From Dehalococcoidia bacterium (GTDB lineage Bacteria > Chloroflexota > Dehalococcoidia > Lucifugimonadales > UBA3495): 64,000 bases of DNA. The position numbers were made by a program, and so were the translations under genes. Where the stretch lies: positions 2,156,414 to 2,220,413 of the forward strand of contig OY761558.1 of the NCBI GenBank assembly GCA_963664725.1, in the 5' to 3' direction. This document shows positions 16,998 to 26,439 of this stretch, one piece after another. Position 1 is the first letter of the stretch; every line of letters begins with the position of its first letter. The notes below the pieces were generated by a model. That model searched no databases. It saw only the letters and a program-made list of their open reading frames with translations, and was not told where the DNA came from.

Positions 16998-17382
16998 ATG
17001 GCCCTGCAGAACCCCCTCCTGCCAAGCCGCCCGGGAGCCCCAGCAAACTCTCCCACGGGCGCCCGTCGGCGGCATCAACCCCACCGACATCGAGCGAGTC
17101 GGCCTGCCCCTCGACAACAGCGCCTCGGAAAACTCCCGGCCAATGTACGCCCCTGTTTGGCGTTCCTTCCAGGCCTGGGCCAAAGTCCAGGGCGCGCTGC
17201 CCATGCCGGCATCAATGTTCCTGGCTACCACCCACCAATCAGAATTGACCGTGAAGCACGACCCTGCGGTGGCCACCGTCCGTCTGCACCGCGCCGCTCA
17301 GGCCGCCATCCGCAAGGCCAGATGCCACGAGGCCCCCACGGGCAACGAGGGTGACAGCCAGGCTCTGCACCGCATCGCCTGA
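16998..17382 (+). pseudogene. tyrosine recombinase N-terminal fragment (copy N-B, frameshifted)
   Basis: It starts MALQNPLLPS and then changes frame to GINPTDIERVGLPLDNSASENSRPMYAPVWRSFQAWAKVQGALPMPASMFLAT...TVRLHRAAQAAIRKA...ALHRIA*. This is the typical integrase N-terminal domain pattern. There is no catalytic domain. Confidence 0.6.
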
Positions 17383-17606
17383 GCATAAGGACGGGCCAGA
17401 CAGTAGGCGATACCGCTCCGGAGGTATCCACACCTGGAAAAGCAAGGCTCAACCCTGGTCCCTGGCAAAAAGCCTGGAAACCAGGGCCCACGCCTCACCA
17501 ATCGAGCCAGCGTAGATTGACAAGATGTACCTTTGCCGGATCAAACCCTCAATAACACCTGGATAATTACGAAGCCCAGAGATTGCAAGGAGGTCCAGTC
17601 AAGACC

Positions 17607-19724
17607 ATGAAAGTAAGCCTTCGGAAAAACATGGGCATCGCCAGTCTGTCACTCCTGTTGCTCTTGGCCTGCCAGGGTAACGTCACCCAAACCGAACAGC
17701 CCACCACCGCCCCAGACTCAGTCATCGCGTCACCCGACGCTACGCCTGCCATCCAGGCGGTCGAAGAAACGGAACAAGCCGTTACCGCCCCACCGGCGGC
17801 AATGGACCAGGAGACGCCCGGACCGCCGGTCGCAACGACCGTAACGCCGCCGGAACCGGGCAGTGCCACGACAAGCACAGGAACGGCGACGGCCACAACA
17901 GAAGCGCCGACAGCGACGCCGGAAGGGATACGTGCAGCGCAGGCAGGCCCTGAGCCCACCGCTCAGCCCCCGGCACAGCCGGCCACGCCCACGGAGGTTG
18001 CCGAACCAGCCGTTGCAACGTCGCCAGCGGCTCAGACCAGCCTGAGCAACGAGGCGGGAGTGGACCCAAGGTTCAAGTCCATCAGCCTCGGGTGGCAGCA
18101 CGCCTGCGGCGTGCTCACCGAAGGGACCCCGGTCTGCTGGGGCATAAATACCCACGGCAACGCGACACCCCTGGGAGGGTTATCCCTGAAGTCAGTCACC
18201 GCCGGATCTGCCCACACCTGTGGACTGAAGGAGGACAGCTCAGCAGTATGCTGGGGAGGAGCCAATGATGACCGAGTAGCATTCAAGGTCGGAGGCCAGT
18301 TCGGGGAAGGCGCCGTACCGACCGACCTGGTTTTCACCAAGTTCATGTCCCTGGCAGCCGGCGGGGGATTCACCTGCGGCGTCAAGGAAGACGGGTCTGC
18401 CACCTGCTGGGGATTCAACGATTCGGGACAAACCAGCGTCCCAACCGACGAGACCTTCACGGTGATCACCGCTGGGGCTGACCATGCCTGCGGGATCAAC
18501 CAGGACGGCCAGATCATCTGCTGGGGCGACCAGAAAGCGAAGAAAGGCATAGCCGTCGTACCCGAGGCGGCAGCAAGCCAATCCTTTGTAGCAGTCAGCG
18601 CAGCATGGCAGAACACCTGCGCCGTGACCGACGGGGGCATCGTGCTCTGCTGGGGCGTGGATTTCGGGGAAGGGTCAGTACCCCACGGCGGCAGCTTCAC
18701 CTCGGTCAGTGTCGGATTCAACCTCTCCTGTGGGGTTCAGACAGACAGCTCCATCGCCTGCTGGAGGCAAAACCTGGAACCAGCCCCAGCTCCATCCGGG
18801 TCCTTCACTGCTGTCCAGGTGGCCAAAGCCCACGAGGGACGGTACCACGCGCCAGGGTCGACCAGCGCCTGCGGGCTGAGAACCGACGGCAGCCTCACCT
18901 GCTGGGGTTACGGGCACGTCAGCCCAGCACTAGGAGGAAGCTTTACGTCTATTGAAATGGCTATTGGCGATGCCAGTTGCGCCCTCAACTCGGACGGCAC
19001 AGCCGCCTGCTTCCTGGTGGAGTTCCACGAGCCTTACCGGCCGGCCCCGCCCCCGCCGGAGGGAACGACTTTCACCTCAGTCAGCCCCGGCTTTGGCCAC
19101 GTCTGCGGCGTAAAGACCGACGGAACTATTCTCTGCTGGGGCAACTCCAGCTACGGGCAATTGAACTCGCCGGAAGGGTCTTTCCAGTCAGTGAGTTCGG
19201 GCTACGAATACGCCTGCGGGCTGAGGAACGACGGCACGGTGGCCTGCTGGGGCCAGGACAGTAGCGGCTCCACCAGCCCACCACCCGATACCTTCGTCTC
19301 TATCGAGTCCGGAGGCCACCATACCTGCGGCATAAGGCCAGACGGTACCCTGGCCTGCTGGGGTCGGGAGGCTCACATGGGGACGCCTCCCGAGGGCACG
19401 TTCACGTCAGTCAACGTGGGGAACACCATCACCTGCGCCATCAGCACCGAGGGAGTTCTGACGTGCTGGAACGAAACAGAGGAATGGAATGAGCCAGGAG
19501 GCCCCTACGCAGCCGTGGCAGTGGGGGCACACCACCGATGCGCGGTAGACACCGGCGGCTCAATAATCTGCTGGGGCAGCGATACCGCATGGGGTGTCGC
19601 CGGAACCATCGGCCGGACCGAAGCGCCGGAGGGTCCCTTCGTGGCCGTGGGCGCCGGAAATTACAACACCTGCGGCATCAGACCGGACGGCGCACTCGTC
19701 TGCTGGGGAGGATACGCGAGATAA
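17607..19724 (+). CDS. RCC1-like repeat (beta-propeller) lipoprotein, paralog 2
   Basis: GGAGG upstream of the ATG at 17607 and lipobox LLLLACQG. It has the same architecture and repeat type as 12198-14330 and ends TCGIRPDGALVCWGGYAR. Confidence 0.85.
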   Translation: MKVSLRKNMGIASLSLLLLLACQGNVTQTEQPTTAPDSVIASPDATPAIQAVEETEQAVTAPPAAMDQETPGPPVATTVTPPEPGSATTSTGTATATTEAPTATPEGIRAAQAGPEPTAQPPAQPATPTEVAEPAVATSPAAQTSLSNEAGVDPRFKSISLGWQHACGVLTEGTPVCWGINTHGNATPLGGLSLKSVTAGSAHTCGLKEDSSAVCWGGANDDRVAFKVGGQFGEGAVPTDLVFTKFMSLAAGGGFTCGVKEDGSATCWGFNDSGQTSVPTDETFTVITAGADHACGINQDGQIICWGDQKAKKGIAVVPEAAASQSFVAVSAAWQNTCAVTDGGIVLCWGVDFGEGSVPHGGSFTSVSVGFNLSCGVQTDSSIACWRQNLEPAPAPSGSFTAVQVAKAHEGRYHAPGSTSACGLRTDGSLTCWGYGHVSPALGGSFTSIEMAIGDASCALNSDGTAACFLVEFHEPYRPAPPPPEGTTFTSVSPGFGHVCGVKTDGTILCWGNSSYGQLNSPEGSFQSVSSGYEYACGLRNDGTVACWGQDSSGSTSPPPDTFVSIESGGHHTCGIRPDGTLACWGREAHMGTPPEGTFTSVNVGNTITCAISTEGVLTCWNETEEWNEPGGPYAAVAVGAHHRCAVDTGGSIICWGSDTAWGVAGTIGRTEAPEGPFVAVGAGNYNTCGIRPDGALVCWGGYAR

Positions 19725-20106
19725 AAAGCGAGGAGCAATTCGCGGGGAATTCACAAACGGGCTTGAAGCCACCAGGTCCAGACTTTAGAATCAGACAAGG
19801 GACCAGGGTAACCTTTAACTGCAGCCGGGCCAGGGGGTAAAATGGTGGGAATATCTCGGCAAATAGCGATATTTTAATAGAAGTTCGAGGCTTCCCTCGG
19901 CACCACCCCTTTGGCAACAATGCAAATAAGCTTCGTCCTGGCAGCAAGAGCCGCCCTTTCCGGGAGGTTTTTCTTGTTCTGCGGGACAAATTGCTGGACA
20001 TACTAACAGTCTGGAACCCTATCAGAACACAGGACTTGGCGTTCTCACCAAATGAAGCAGGCCGACCTGGCAGGAAGCCTTCTATCTGTACCCACTGCCT
20101 GCCAGG

Positions 20107-21088
20107 TCATTGCAGTGCCTTCCGTACCCCGGCGATGACGTTGTCTTTGTCGGGGAGGCAGTATTGTTCCATAATGGGGCTGTAGGGGATGGGGACGTCG
20201 GGGGCACAGACGCGTACTGGCGGAGACTTAAGCGCGCGGAAAGTCTCAAGGTCTTCGGTAATCTGGGCGCTGATCTCAGCAGCCGCGCTGCCGGTGATGC
20301 AGGCTTCGTCCACTATCACCACGCGGCCCGTCTTCCGCACCGAGCGGCGGATGGCCGGGGTGTCCATCGGCACCAGCGTGCGCGGGTCCACCACCTCCAG
20401 GGAAATGCCTTCCGCCTCTAATTCCTCTGCGGCCTTCAGTGCCTCGGGCACCATTTTCGAGATGGCGACGACCGTCACATCGCCCCCCTCCCGCTTCACC
20501 TCGGCCTCCCCGATAGGCACCAGGTACTCCTCCTCGGGAACCGGGAACCGGGAACCGGTCGGGCAGGGCCGCAATAATCTGGTCCTCGAAGAACACCACC
20601 GGATTGTTGTCGCGAATGGCGCTTTTCATCAGGCCCTTGGCGTCGTAAGGATTGGAGGGCATTACCAGCTTCAGACCGGCCAGGTTCATGAACATTGGAT
20701 GGGGGCTTTGCGAATGCTGGGCTGCCGCCGAACGGCCTCCTCCGGTCGAGGCTCGGAACACCAGGGGGAAGGGCGCCTGGCCGCCGAACATATAGTGGAT
20801 CTTGGCCATCTGGTTTACGATCTGGTCCATGGCAGTGAAGGCAAAGGTCATCATCCCGGGACTGATGATGGGCCGAAAGCCGCTGCCTGCGGCGCCGATG
20901 CCCGCGCCCACATAGGCCTCCTCGGAGATGGGCGAGGCCCTCAGCCGCTCAATACCGAACTCGGATACCAGCTGCTCCAGGGGCCCCAGGTTGCCGCAGA
21001 TGTGAAACACCTTCTCGTCCCGGCGCATTTCTTCCCGAAACGCTTCCATTATCGCTTCGGCATATGTTATCTCTCGCATAGTTTGCAC
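20107..21088 (-). pseudogene. 2-oxoacid (pyruvate/acetoin-type) dehydrogenase E1 beta subunit, frameshifted
   Basis: Two overlapping ORFs (20276-21088 and 20107-20574) together give a full E1 beta (MREITYAEAI...NPVVFFEDQ // VPEEEYLVPIGEAEVKREGGDVTVV...). The frame breaks at three tandem GGGAACC units at 20536-20556. Confidence 0.85.
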
Positions 21089-21157
21089 CCGCTCCAGTCC
21101 CTTCCCGAAGGCAGGGGAGACATGGAATTAGCTATGATGATTACTTTTGCAGCAGGT

Positions 21158-22126
21158 TCACGGGGCGAAGACGTCCGTCAGGGCGTCTTCGGGCTTGGGC
21201 AGAGGGCTGGACCGGGCGAACTCAATGGCTGACTCAACGGCAGCGGCGATCTCCTCGTCGGTCTGCCGCAGTTGTTCTGTGGTCGCGACGCCCTGCTCTA
21301 CCAGGAGGTCGATAAATACTGCGATCGGGTCGTGGGACTGGCTAAGCTCAATCTCGCTGGCTGGTCGCGGGTCCGCTGGATTGCCGCGGGACTCCGAGTG
21401 TCCCCGCCAACGGAAGGTCTTGCATTCCAGCAGGGTGGGACCGCCGCCCTCCCTGGCCCGCCGTACCACTTCCTGCGCCGCCTCGTAAACGGCCAGAACG
21501 TCGGTACCGTCCACCGTCAAGCCAGGGATGTTGTACCCTGCGGCCCGCGCCGATACGTCCTCTACCGAGAGGGTGGCCGCCGCCGAGTTGCCCGAAGCCC
21601 AGCGATTGTTTTCGCAGACATAGATAACCGGCAGCTTCCAGATGGAGGCCAGGTTCAGCGAGCCGTGGAACGCCCCTTCGTTGGAGGCGCCGTCGCCAAA
21701 AAAGGCCACCGCCACGCCATCGCCGCCTTCCAGCCTGGCGGCCAGGGCTGCGCCGGTGGCTATGGGCATTCCCGCCCCCACGATGCCGTTGGCGCCCAGC
21801 ATCCCCACGCTGAAGTCTGCGATGTGCATCGAGCCGCCCTTGCCGTGGCAATAGCCGTTGGCACGGCCGAACAGTTCCGCCATCATCAGGTTGATGTCGG
21901 CGCCCTTGGCGATGGTGTGGCCGTGGCCGCGGTGGGTGCTGGTGATACGGTCGGTATCGCGAAGGGCAGAGCACACGCCCACTGCGACGGCTTCCTGGCC
22001 GATATAGGCATGGACCACGCCGGGGATGTTGCCCTCGTGGAACTCCTCGACGGCCCTGGCGTCGAAAGTCCGGATGGTGACCATCCTGCGGTACATATCC
22101 AACAAGAGGCCGAAATTGGTAGTCAT
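21158..22126 (-). CDS. 2-oxoacid dehydrogenase E1 alpha subunit (TPP-dependent)
   Basis: YIGQEAVAVG, HRGHGH, the TPP motif GDGASNEGAFHGSLNLASIWKLPVIYVCENN, and a length of 322 aa. Confidence 0.9.
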   Translation of the reverse strand: MTTNFGLLLDMYRRMVTIRTFDARAVEEFHEGNIPGVVHAYIGQEAVAVGVCSALRDTDRITSTHRGHGHTIAKGADINLMMAELFGRANGYCHGKGGSMHIADFSVGMLGANGIVGAGMPIATGAALAARLEGGDGVAVAFFGDGASNEGAFHGSLNLASIWKLPVIYVCENNRWASGNSAAATLSVEDVSARAAGYNIPGLTVDGTDVLAVYEAAQEVVRRAREGGGPTLLECKTFRWRGHSESRGNPADPRPASEIELSQSHDPIAVFIDLLVEQGVATTEQLRQTDEEIAAAVESAIEFARSSPLPKPEDALTDVFAP

Positions 22127-22429
22127 GTGCCATCCCTCCTAGGCGGGAGATTGGCCGCATTGTATCCTAGCGTATTCCCTACCGCTATGCCAGGCCGTGG
22201 GTGTGTAACTGTTAGCCCATATCTGCCTGGTGCTGATGCCACGCAATTGATTCCAGGACTATAGAAAGTAGAGGAGGCGATACTCATTTAAGCCGGTCAC
22301 GTAGGGTCGTAAACCAGGGTCAAGGCGAAAACCGGTTGTTGGGACGAATAATGTAACGGGCATGGCATAACGGATGGCCAGGCACGAGGTGTGAGCCGAG
22401 TAAGGGAACGGACAAGGTTGCCCGGTTAC

Positions 22430-24124
22430 CTATTCCCCAGGACTCAGGCGCGTGAACTCCACGTCTTCCTGCCACACCCTGGCCTGCCCCCGGGAGTCCT
22501 GCTGAATCATCACGTTGCACAGCCAGTCGTGGTCATTTGACTCAGGGTAGTCGCTGCGGTAATGGGAGCCACGGGACTCACGGCGGGCCAGCGCGCTCAG
22601 ACAGGTGACTTGCGCGACCGCTATTATGCTGCGAACGTCCAGCCACTCCTGCCAGGCCTGGTTGTACTGGCGCACCGCTGGTACCGAGGCTGCCCCGGCG
22701 CGCTGTCCCAGTTCTTCCAGCGAAGCGAGAACCGACTCGAGGCCTGGGCCATCGCGCACAATCCCACCCTTGTCCCACATCAGGGACTCCACCTCCTGGC
22801 GGATGGAGAATATGTTGCCCGAGCCGGACTCCCCAAAGGGCGCAAGAGCGCTTTCTACCAGGGACTCCACCTGGCGCGGCGCAACTGTCGGCAGGGTTCG
22901 ATCTTCTACAAACTCGGCCATGGCATCCCCGGCTATGGCGCCGAACACGGTGGACTCGGCAACCCCGTTTCCGCCCAGCCGGTTGGCCCCGTGTACGCCG
23001 CCCGAGTCCTCACCGGCTACAAACAGCCGGTCCAGGCCACTGCGGCAAAGTTCGTCTATTCGCACCCCTCCCATGTGGAAATGGGCGGTGGGACATACCT
23101 TTACCGGTTCCCGGGCCAGGTCAAAGCCCACTTCCCGGCAGCGGGCTACCATCCCTGGGAAGGACTGTTCCACGAAGTCGACACCCAGGTGGGACACGTC
23201 CAGATAGACGGCGCCGTCGGGAGTGCCCCGTCCTCCCTGGATTTCCAGGTACCCAGCCCGGGAGACCATGTCCCGGGTGGAGCGTTCCATACGCTCCGGG
23301 TCGTACCGTTCCATGTACCTTTGTCCCAGGTCATTCAGCAGGTGGCCCCCCGCGCCCCTCAGGCCCTCTTCCAGGACCGCGCCGGTTACGATGGTGCGTC
23401 CGGCGACCAGTCCGGTGGGATGGAACTGGTACATTTCCATGTCCTGCAAGGCGCAGCCCGCCCAATAACACAGGGCCATGCCGTCGCCGCATTTTTCAAG
23501 TGAGGGAGCGGCGTAGGTGTACATCCTGGCGCCGCCGCCGGCGGCCATCAAAGTCGCCCTGGCTGCCACAGTCATGAATTCACCGGTACGGACGTTGAGC
23601 AGCAACGCCCCCGCAATTCCCCCGGCAGTATCGTGCAGGAGCGAGACAGCGCGGTGTTCGTCCAGGAGGGTCATGTTGGATGCCAGGACATTCTCTTTCA
23701 GCCGGGACATTATCTCGATGCCGGTGAGGTCTCCCCGGTGGACCGTGCGGTCGAAACTCTGACCGGCGAAGGCCTTCTGGAAGATGTACCCCTGGCTGTC
23801 CCGGTCGAAAAAACACCCCAGCGACTCCAACTCGGCGATGATCCGGGGCGCCTGGTTGACCAGCAGCCAGGCCAGTTCCTGGTTGTTGATAAACCCTCCG
23901 CCCCGGATGGTGTCTTCGAAGTGCCTCTCGAAGGAATCCTTTGGGTCCAGGACCGCGTTGTATCCGCCCTGCACCATGCGAGTGCAGCCGCTCTGGCCAA
24001 TCTGGCCCTTGGCGACGACCACGACGTTCAAGTGGGGGTTTTTCCGGTGGGAATGCAGGGCCGCCATCAGCCCGGCTCCGCCGCCGCCGATTATCAGAAT
24101 GTCCGCGTCAATTTGTTCCTGCAT
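22430..24124 (-). CDS. sdhA: succinate dehydrogenase / fumarate reductase flavoprotein subunit
   Basis: FAD fold DILIIGGGGAGLMAAL, plus QFHPTG, RGAGGHLLNDLGQRYMERY and ESRGSHYRSDYP. GAGGAA lies upstream of the ATG at 24124. Confidence 0.9.
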   Translation of the reverse strand: MQEQIDADILIIGGGGAGLMAALHSHRKNPHLNVVVVAKGQIGQSGCTRMVQGGYNAVLDPKDSFERHFEDTIRGGGFINNQELAWLLVNQAPRIIAELESLGCFFDRDSQGYIFQKAFAGQSFDRTVHRGDLTGIEIMSRLKENVLASNMTLLDEHRAVSLLHDTAGGIAGALLLNVRTGEFMTVAARATLMAAGGGARMYTYAAPSLEKCGDGMALCYWAGCALQDMEMYQFHPTGLVAGRTIVTGAVLEEGLRGAGGHLLNDLGQRYMERYDPERMERSTRDMVSRAGYLEIQGGRGTPDGAVYLDVSHLGVDFVEQSFPGMVARCREVGFDLAREPVKVCPTAHFHMGGVRIDELCRSGLDRLFVAGEDSGGVHGANRLGGNGVAESTVFGAIAGDAMAEFVEDRTLPTVAPRQVESLVESALAPFGESGSGNIFSIRQEVESLMWDKGGIVRDGPGLESVLASLEELGQRAGAASVPAVRQYNQAWQEWLDVRSIIAVAQVTCLSALARRESRGSHYRSDYPESNDHDWLCNVMIQQDSRGQARVWQEDVEFTRLSPGE

Positions 24125-24353
24125 GACTTCCTCGACCGCGCCTGTGCCAGGATCGCGCCTTTTCCGCCGGTCCGCTCGCACAATATAGGCGAGATTATCA
24201 AGGGCGGCAACTTGCCCAGCAGGATTCTTTCAAAGGAATCACCGTTATGGTATGTTTAGCGAGCCATGTGAACGGCGAGGGTGCCCTTGCCGGACCGGCC
24301 TGAACAGGGTCCTTTCATATTCAGCCGTTGATATTCAGCCAAAGGGTAATGCC

Positions 24354-25301
24354 ATGTCCACCACGTCCACCGCTATTTCGCGGGAGCTTATCTACCAGGT
24401 AGCTTACGAGACCAACAAGCGGGCCGCCATTGTAGTGCCCCAGGATGGCTTGGCTGCTTTTGGCGAGGCCTGGGAGCGGGAGAGCAAACCCCTGGCCCAC
24501 TTCATACTGGGCCAGATTCTGGAGAACGCCAAGCTGGCGGTGGCTGACGGTCGGCCCATGTGCGGGGATACGGGCCTGCCCCGCTACTACGTGAAGCTGG
24601 GGAACGAAGCCCGGATAGACGGCGGGGTCGTGGCCCTGGAGCGGGCTTTGCGCCAGGCGGTAGCCGACATTACCCAGGACATTCAGTTGCGGTCAAATCG
24701 GGTCCACCCGTTGACCAGGCGGAACCCGGGCAACAATACGGGCGTTTTCGCCCCCAACATAGATTACTCTTTTGAGCCTGGCGGTGACTGGATCGACATT
24801 ATTGCCGTGCACAAGGGGGGCCTGTTCGGGACCGATTACAGGATGCTGTTTCCGGCCGACGGCACCGACGGAATCAAGCGATTCCTGCTGGACAACATGG
24901 CCGAGTTTGCCCGTCGCGGCCTTTCCTGTCCGCCGGTCGTGGTGGGGGTTGGCCTGGGCGGCACCAAGGACCAGGCGGTGACTCTTTCCAAAGAGGCGGC
25001 CTGCCTGAGGCTGATCGGCGACCGGCATCCGGATTCGGAGGTGGCCGCCCTGGAAGAGGAACTGAGGCACCTGGCAAATCAGACCGGGTTCGGCGTCATG
25101 GGGGTGGGCGGCGACACTACCGCCCTGGATGTCCATGTTGAAATTGCCTACACCCATACCGGCGGCCTGCCCATCGCCATTTCCCAGTTCTGCACGGCCT
25201 ATCGCCGGTCGGTAGCCCGGGTTTTCGCCAGCGGAGAGGTCGAGTTTCGTGAGGACCCGCAATGGTTTACCCCGTATTACCGGCGAGAAGGCATCGAATA
25301 A
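24354..25301 (+). CDS. Fe-S type hydro-lyase alpha subunit (class I fumarate hydratase / tartrate dehydratase N-terminal type)
   Basis: PMCGDTGLPRYYVKLG and the overall FumA N-terminal / TtdA pattern. The start is taken at MSTTSTAI. Confidence 0.85.
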   Translation: MSTTSTAISRELIYQVAYETNKRAAIVVPQDGLAAFGEAWERESKPLAHFILGQILENAKLAVADGRPMCGDTGLPRYYVKLGNEARIDGGVVALERALRQAVADITQDIQLRSNRVHPLTRRNPGNNTGVFAPNIDYSFEPGGDWIDIIAVHKGGLFGTDYRMLFPADGTDGIKRFLLDNMAEFARRGLSCPPVVVGVGLGGTKDQAVTLSKEAACLRLIGDRHPDSEVAALEEELRHLANQTGFGVMGVGGDTTALDVHVEIAYTHTGGLPIAISQFCTAYRRSVARVFASGEVEFREDPQWFTPYYRREGIE

Positions 25302-25338
25302 GGACTGCGCGCAAGTTGCCGGAGCAGGAGGACTAAGA

Positions 25339-26013
25339 GTGTCGCAAGGCCGGAACAGGGAGTGGGAGCTTACATGCCCGCTGGTGTCCAGTGACATCGA
25401 GAAGCTGGCTGCGGGAGACTTGGTTTACCTCAGCGGGCCGGTCTATACCGCCCGGGATGGGGTTTACAAGCACATGCTGATTGACGGGAATGCGCCACCC
25501 ATTGATCTTCAAGAACTGACCAACGTCAGCTTGCAGTCGTCTCCGGCTGGCGTGGAAGTGTCGCCGGGAGAGTTTGAAGTGGCTTCGCTCCAGGCCACCG
25601 CCGGCTTCCGTTACGCCCAGTACATGCCGCAATTGCTGGAGGAGTTCGGCGTGAAGGCTGTAGTCGGCAAGGCGGGAATGTCGGAGCAGGTTTACCAGGA
25701 AGTGTTCCGGAAGCATGGCGCCGTGTGTCTCACTACGATGGGCTATGGACTGGGGGCGATTTACGGACGGGCTATCAAGAAGGTTCTGGGCGTGTATTGG
25801 GTGGAAGAGCTGGGCATTTCGGAAGCTCTTTGGACCTTCGAGGTGGACCGGTTGGGGCCGCTCCTGGTGGAAGGGGACATCCACGGGAACAGCTTCTTCG
25901 CGCAAGTCAACGACGATATTAACCGGCAACTGGGGGCGCTGTACGAGGGACTGAAGCCCCCGGTGTACGGGCGTATCGGTGAAGAGCAAAAGCCCGAAAC
26001 AGAACTCTTCTAG
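25339..26013 (+). CDS. Fe-S type hydro-lyase beta subunit (class I fumarate hydratase C-terminal type)
   Basis: GDLVYLSGPVYTARDGVYKHM...VVGKAGMS...AVCLTTMGYGLGA is typical of the FumA C-terminal / TtdB domain. GGAGCAGGAGG lies upstream of a GTG at 25339. Confidence 0.8.
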   Translation: MSQGRNREWELTCPLVSSDIEKLAAGDLVYLSGPVYTARDGVYKHMLIDGNAPPIDLQELTNVSLQSSPAGVEVSPGEFEVASLQATAGFRYAQYMPQLLEEFGVKAVVGKAGMSEQVYQEVFRKHGAVCLTTMGYGLGAIYGRAIKKVLGVYWVEELGISEALWTFEVDRLGPLLVEGDIHGNSFFAQVNDDINRQLGALYEGLKPPVYGRIGEEQKPETELF

Positions 26014-26022
26014 GGGGCTCCG

Positions 26023-26427
26023 GTGGCCTTTTCCCTTCGAGCTTTGTCGCTGCATGCCGGCAATTTCCAGGATCGTTACTCGGGTACCCGTTCCGGCTGG
26101 TGGGCCTGGTTCCTGCAGCGGCTCACCGGCGTGGCCCTGGTTGGCTACCTTTTCCTGCACATAGCGGTGATTTCCACGGCCCGGGCCGGGGCCGACACCT
26201 TCGACACCGTGCTTATCATCCTTCAGAAGCCCTTCTTTGTGGTCCTCGACCTTTTTCTCATTGCTGCAGTGTTGTACCACGCCCTGAACGGCGTTCGGGT
26301 GCTGCTGTTCGACGCCGGAATCGCCATCAGGCAACAGGCGTTGCTGTTCTGGATTTGTATGCTGCTTACCGTTGTAATAACAGGTGTGGCCGGGTACTTC
26401 AGTCTGCCCCTGATTTTCAGGGAGTAG
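26023..26427 (+). CDS. sdhC: succinate dehydrogenase membrane subunit (cytochrome b type)
   Basis: Three TM helices with conserved His contexts (FLHIAV, LYHALNGVR). It sits directly upstream of a second similar subunit and of the Fe-S subunit. Confidence 0.75.
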   Translation: MAFSLRALSLHAGNFQDRYSGTRSGWWAWFLQRLTGVALVGYLFLHIAVISTARAGADTFDTVLIILQKPFFVVLDLFLIAAVLYHALNGVRVLLFDAGIAIRQQALLFWICMLLTVVITGVAGYFSLPLIFRE

Positions 26428-26439
26428 CTGACTGAAGGG

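Noticed and set aside
19945-19980. Imperfect hairpin CCGCCCtttccGGGAGG followed by TTTTTCTT as the terminator of RCC1-like paralog 2
   Set aside because: It lies 230 nt downstream of the stop codon and has a mismatch in a 6-bp stem. It is plausible but too weak to annotate.
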